From the NCBI GenBank assembly GCA_001724265.1, contig MEDY01000015.1:124001-168010 (forward strand): a DNA stretch of 44,010 nucleotides, in the 5' to 3' direction. This DNA comes from Rhizaria sp. SCN 62-66 (lineage: Eukaryota). The notes beneath the pieces are model-generated. The model was not told the DNA's origin and made no database searches. It saw nothing but the letters and a program-made list of their open reading frames with translations. A program made the translations under genes and the position numbers. Every line of letters begins with the position of its first letter. The stretch's first letter is position 1. Shown here piece after piece: positions 40,801 to 44,010 of the stretch.

Positions 40801-43800
40801 GCAGGGACCGAGGCCGCGGTCAGAGAGGCGCCCTCGGCGCGGGAGCGGGGGCCGCGGCGGTAGATGCTCGCCCAGCCGCTGCCGCTGCCGCCACCGTTAT
40901 TGAGAGCGACCACATTGACGCGGGTGCTGCCGGGGGAAGCGGCAACGCTAGATACGGTCTGGTGAGCCGTCGTGTTGTTGTCAGGGCTGTTGGCGTGGCT
41001 CGAGAGATACAGAGGCATTGCGGTCGTAAGGTTCTCTGTCTCATCGATACTAGCGCCGGCAGTGTTGTTTGCAAGAGAACTAGGACCGCGGTAGGTGAAA
41101 GCACGGCGCACAACAGCAAGCGGTGGAATCTCGCTGTTCACAGCGCCACTGCCATCCGACTGTGTACTTGCACTCGCATTGTTGTTCGCCCCACGACTCG
41201 TCGCGGCACGACCCACCCCGGTAGCTTCGCCGCTCGCGAGGTTAGTGCGAGACGCCGTCAGTGTCGTCCCGGTCGCCGTCGCCGTCGCCGCCGTCGTTGT
41301 CGTCGCGAACGCGGCAGTGACGCCCGCAGCCGCAGCCGCAGCGTCGCTGACACCGCGCAAGTGTGCCAGCCTGGCCGCAATGCCGGCGCCGACCGCGGCC
41401 GCCGCAGCCTCCGCGGCCGCCGCGCGGCGCTGTCTGTCCTCTGCCGCAGCCACGCGTCGGCGGTGGCGCTCCGCCTCGGCCGCGGCCCGCAGCAGCCGCG
41501 CGCGCTGCCAGTTGAGCGCCACAATGCGCTTCGACGCGAGGTGCAAGTGCGTGTGGATGGACATGACTGCAGCGAGTGGCGCTTCAGCGGCGGCGAGCGC
41601 GCGCGCAGCCCCGGGGTCGGCTGACATGGCGGCGGCCGCGGCGCTGCTGCCGCTGGGGCCGGCGCCGGACTGGCGGTGGCTGTGGCCGTGAGCGGGGTGC
41701 GTGGAGGGGCCGCGCAGGACGAGTTCGAGCCACTGCGACTGCTCGCGGTCACCAGCAGCCGCATCGGTATCAACGTCTGTAATGTTGTCGTTGTTGCCAC
41801 CGCTGTTGTTGTTGCTCGTGGCCGAGAAGAGGTCGCCGTGGCGCCGCTGCTGTTGCTGCTGCCACCACAGACTGGCGTTCACGCCCGCTGCGTCTAAGTG
41901 ACCGTGAGCGCGCGAGTGGGCAAAGTCGACTGACTGCAGCACAGCAGCGGCCTCGGCAGCCTCCCCACTCACCGCAGAGGAATGGTGTGACAGTTGTGAA
42001 TACGGCGCGCTCTCGCCCCAGTACTGCTGCTGCAGCGGTCCACTGTTATCCCCGCCCGCCGCGCCCAAGTGACCGTGAGCACCACCGGCACCGGCCCCGG
42101 CGCCGTGGCCCTGGCCGTGGGCGTGGATGTGCACCAGCGGGTGATGGTGCGACAAGAACGCGGTCAGCGGCCGCGGTGCGGCGGCGCGGGCACCCACGGC
42201 GGCGCCGGGGGCGGCCCGGTCGGAGTGCAGCTGCTTCAGCCGCACGGTCACTGCGCCGGAGCTGTTCAGGCCCGCAGTGTTGGCGAAGCTCGGGGTGAAA
42301 CTGCGGGACGTATGGCTCGCGTCGAAGCCGTGGGTGACGTTATAATGTCCGAAACCAGTGGCGGCAAAATCGCTTGCGCTAGAATCATCAGCAGCAAAAC
42401 TCATATCGTTGCCGAAGCTGTTACTACCGCTGATATGGCCTAAGAGGAGCTGAGCCAAAGCAGGCGCCGCTGCGGGGCCCTGCTGCAGCAACGCCTGCGC
42501 CTGCGTCGCCGCAGTGTCCGCAGTCATAGCTGCATTCACAGGGACACTGTGCGACGCCTCAGCCTCGGCAGCAGACGCAGCCGCAGAGGCAGAGACAGCG
42601 GCCGCGGCAGCTGCGGCAATGACGGCGGGGTGTTGTGGCGCCCCCGCAGCCGCCGCGCCTTGAGACCCGACGAGAACAGTGCCGCCGCGCGCCGTCGGCA
42701 GCGGTTTGAGCCGGCTCGCCCCCGCAGCGCCCGCGCCGCTGCCGCCGCCCTGAGCGCCACCGCCGCTGCGCGCCGCACCGCCGCCGAACGCGAGGTCGGT
42801 GCCGGGCACGCCCGCGGCGGCGGCGGCGTTGGCGGCCGAGGCGGCGCCCGCGGCGGAGCGCGCGGCGAGCGCGGCGGCGAGGACGTAGACGGCGAGTGCG
42901 CGCTTGAAATCGTCGTACTCGCGCACAGCGGCCGCGTCCTCGGCGGCGGCCGCGGCGGCGGATAGAGGCAGCGGCGCGTGACTCGCAGTCAGGTGACCCG
43001 CACTGCCGGAGTGAGCGTTAATGCTGTGGGTGTTGATGACGGGCGGGGGCAGACCACGCAGCAACGCGGCTAGCACAGTGAGCGGAATGCGGACCACTGT
43101 TGACGGCGCTGACGTCAGCAGAGTGAAGTCGCTGGGGACCGCGCTTGGCAAGATCGGGATGCCCATGCTGTTCGTGTTGTAGAGAGGGCTAAACGACTGT
43201 GAGCCACTATTGTTGCTAGGCTGGCTCGTGCTCGGAACTGAAGTGGTCAGCGCATGTGCTGCGAGCTGCAAGTCAGCGAACGCAGTGTGGGCAACGGAGA
43301 TAGCAGGAAGCAGCCTCGTCGTCGCCGCTGTTGAGTCACGGCTCGCACCGGGCACAGCTGTCGCAGTGCTGTTCCGACTCACAGTTGTGCTCGCACGTGC
43401 ACTGTTAACATTAGCGTTCACGTTGGACAGAGGAGGAAGCCAGGCGACTCCGCGGCGCAACAAAGCCCGCAGCGGCTGGCGGCCCCTCTCTTCCCAGCCT
43501 TCATCACGGGAAGCGCTCGCGAAACGGCCCGCACTGCGGCTGTTTTGAGCACTGGCACCGCTGGCGCCGGTGCTAGTCGAAGCGCGCAGCAGGCGCAGCT
43601 TGTCAGCGCCAGCGCCGCGCACCGCAACAGGAACGTTTGACGTGCCTTTAGAAATCGCACTCAGAATCGCATTGGAGACGGGCAAATGCTCGTGGCCGCC
43701 GCTCGCAACACCGGCCGGCGCCGCGATGGCAGCCAGCGCGTCGTAACTCGGCGCAATCGTGGTGACAACGCGCACGCGCGCGCGCGCCAGCTGCGGCTGC

Positions 43801-44010
43801 AGCCACCACCGCGCGCCCGCGCTCGCGCTCGCGCGCGCCGCCGCAGCCGCAGCCGCCGCGGCATGCGCGCCCACGCCGGGGACACGTGCCGCCGCGCTCA
43901 ACACATCGCTGACAATGCTCGCGGCGGTGGCGGCAGCGGCGGCGCGGCGCGCGCGGCGGCGGCGACGGCGGCGGCGGTCGGCGATGGCCTGCTGGCGCGC
44001 GGCGGCCGCG
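37887..44010 (-). CDS. Large low-complexity Ala/Ser/Gly-rich hypothetical protein, 5'-truncated by the window edge (>2030 aa)
   Basis: The frame is open from the window end (AAAARQQAIADRRRRRRRRARR...) to a TGA at 37889-37887. No intron or domain was recognised. Confidence 0.75.
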   Translation of the reverse strand, partial: AAAARQQAIADRRRRRRRRARRAAAAATAASIVSDVLSAAARVPGVGAHAAAAAAAAARASASAGARWWLQPQLARARVRVVTTIAPSYDALAAIAAPAGVASGGHEHLPVSNAILSAISKGTSNVPVAVRGAGADKLRLLRASTSTGASGASAQNSRSAGRFASASRDEGWEERGRQPLRALLRRGVAWLPPLSNVNANVNSARASTTVSRNSTATAVPGASRDSTAATTRLLPAISVAHTAFADLQLAAHALTTSVPSTSQPSNNSGSQSFSPLYNTNSMGIPILPSAVPSDFTLLTSAPSTVVRIPLTVLAALLRGLPPPVINTHSINAHSGSAGHLTASHAPLPLSAAAAAAEDAAAVREYDDFKRALAVYVLAAALAARSAAGAASAANAAAAAGVPGTDLAFGGGAARSGGGAQGGGSGAGAAGASRLKPLPTARGGTVLVGSQGAAAAGAPQHPAVIAAAAAAAVSASAAASAAEAEASHSVPVNAAMTADTAATQAQALLQQGPAAAPALAQLLLGHISGSNSFGNDMSFAADDSSASDFAATGFGHYNVTHGFDASHTSRSFTPSFANTAGLNSSGAVTVRLKQLHSDRAAPGAAVGARAAAPRPLTAFLSHHHPLVHIHAHGQGHGAGAGAGGAHGHLGAAGGDNSGPLQQQYWGESAPYSQLSHHSSAVSGEAAEAAAVLQSVDFAHSRAHGHLDAAGVNASLWWQQQQQRRHGDLFSATSNNNSGGNNDNITDVDTDAAAGDREQSQWLELVLRGPSTHPAHGHSHRQSGAGPSGSSAAAAAMSADPGAARALAAAEAPLAAVMSIHTHLHLASKRIVALNWQRARLLRAAAEAERHRRRVAAAEDRQRRAAAAEAAAAAVGAGIAARLAHLRGVSDAAAAAAGVTAAFATTTTAATATATGTTLTASRTNLASGEATGVGRAATSRGANNNASASTQSDGSGAVNSEIPPLAVVRRAFTYRGPSSLANNTAGASIDETENLTTAMPLYLSSHANSPDNNTTAHQTVSSVAASPGSTRVNVVALNNGGGSGSGWASIYRRGPRSRAEGASLTAASVPAGATISVAAPSTGPALTADAAAAAAAAATTTGPAASLAAVTQRYGGAVVAAAAAAAANHSQARQSQAAHSGHSGSVVHRNDVPPAPPAVSVSVAGATAASLRAAVPVLAHDVARPPRALLAPRSALAPDAAARRRAAAPLVPGGPDAAVSASSSSSAAAAVTADVGDGFDSSAIFAAASREAAAARAVRLRDFLRERERSLVAAGNVVRRGRMRALARMANVQDTQQDGRGGGLANAGEGGDGDYDDMDDCEHVGVFDVDYAAGEVDYSALEQSLTAAHSPKSLATTTRRPQTVGHNTLSRPGTTAQGKRNTAVPSPNASVTSTSHSFTPVAVRSIQSILAPPHHAKHAGNNICSSNGYSSTLNTGVNVGGPGSSSAGGSASARGGSATARAGAAAVLASSLSADSTPGWVTVAPYPSAPSLAALPASVKATLTTEQLNSALLQAARPYTSTGQSNANAGGNIGVSVIDAGGPPVQLAPLSVSVAELDGVLKGLPASDPLRARLLLLAPRAGGLSHTSSVSARSASGDASNRVAESAGAVPLSTLAQSTLRAHALERSAAVARVPSSLSSCFRVQSNAGAGASGAAANQQSQSPASAQLLRTLPAAAAAAAAVSLDSHSTSDTAAAANGSTAVVAAGPTVVVAPPSARGLLTAALALSRPTPPNDANSLSTSHSGFDADSGGGGWEHGWEAIDTDIAAARARDSEYAAGAVTVRRLQGHQVRLVQAAHPLLPLAVARAAGWDPARESARAPAAAVVAAAAVASAAAAASASASAAASAAEAANIGSSASGYHGSGARGGGGADAASAVTATTANSAARWGAETCGGGLSARDPRSVLQATVRSSISAQQQQQQQQHDSGARANGFGHGHGQNQMQYTNPAALLVPVVPAGAVLFPFGTGVHRRKAAARTLGRAVDEEDHARVLRAALPAVQIGDPRAKAMRALTPGMKETRVFALQQHVKMMAEASNASSK

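Noticed and set aside
1-44010. CRISPR arrays, tRNA/rRNA genes, transposase or reverse-transcriptase ORFs, telomeric repeats
   Set aside because: None recognised by eye. The repeats present are coding microsatellites or short palindromes.

Overview
This is a gene-dense eukaryotic (protist-like) nuclear region with GC-rich exons, AT/pyrimidine-rich introns and short intergenic spacers. I hand-built 13 protein genes containing 15 spliceosomal introns (129-333 nt). In order: a secreted Lys/Ala-rich coiled-coil protein, STPG2-like, AATF/BFR2, CHMP3/VPS24, an unknown membrane protein, a mitochondrial-type threonine dehydratase with one ACT domain, a giant BROMI/TBC1D32-like ORF, prohibitin-2, a three-domain RidA fusion, NDUFAF6, RNA 3'-phosphate cyclase, a small secreted protein, and a large ORF running off the window edge. 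There is also a box C/D snoRNA candidate. Gene content implies a flagellated, aerobic organism. The strongest leads are: (1) a single-chain triple RidA in which domains 1 and 2 each keep a complementary half of the active site; (2) a lone in-frame TAG heading a polyQ tract in a 9.9-kb reading frame, while none of the 13 genes ends in TAG; (3) branch point + pyrimidine tract + YAG acceptors directly before many start codons, several without a donor, suggesting spliced-leader trans-splicing; (4) an invariant GT[A/G/T]CG donor consensus. Family assignments come from remembered motifs, not database searches.
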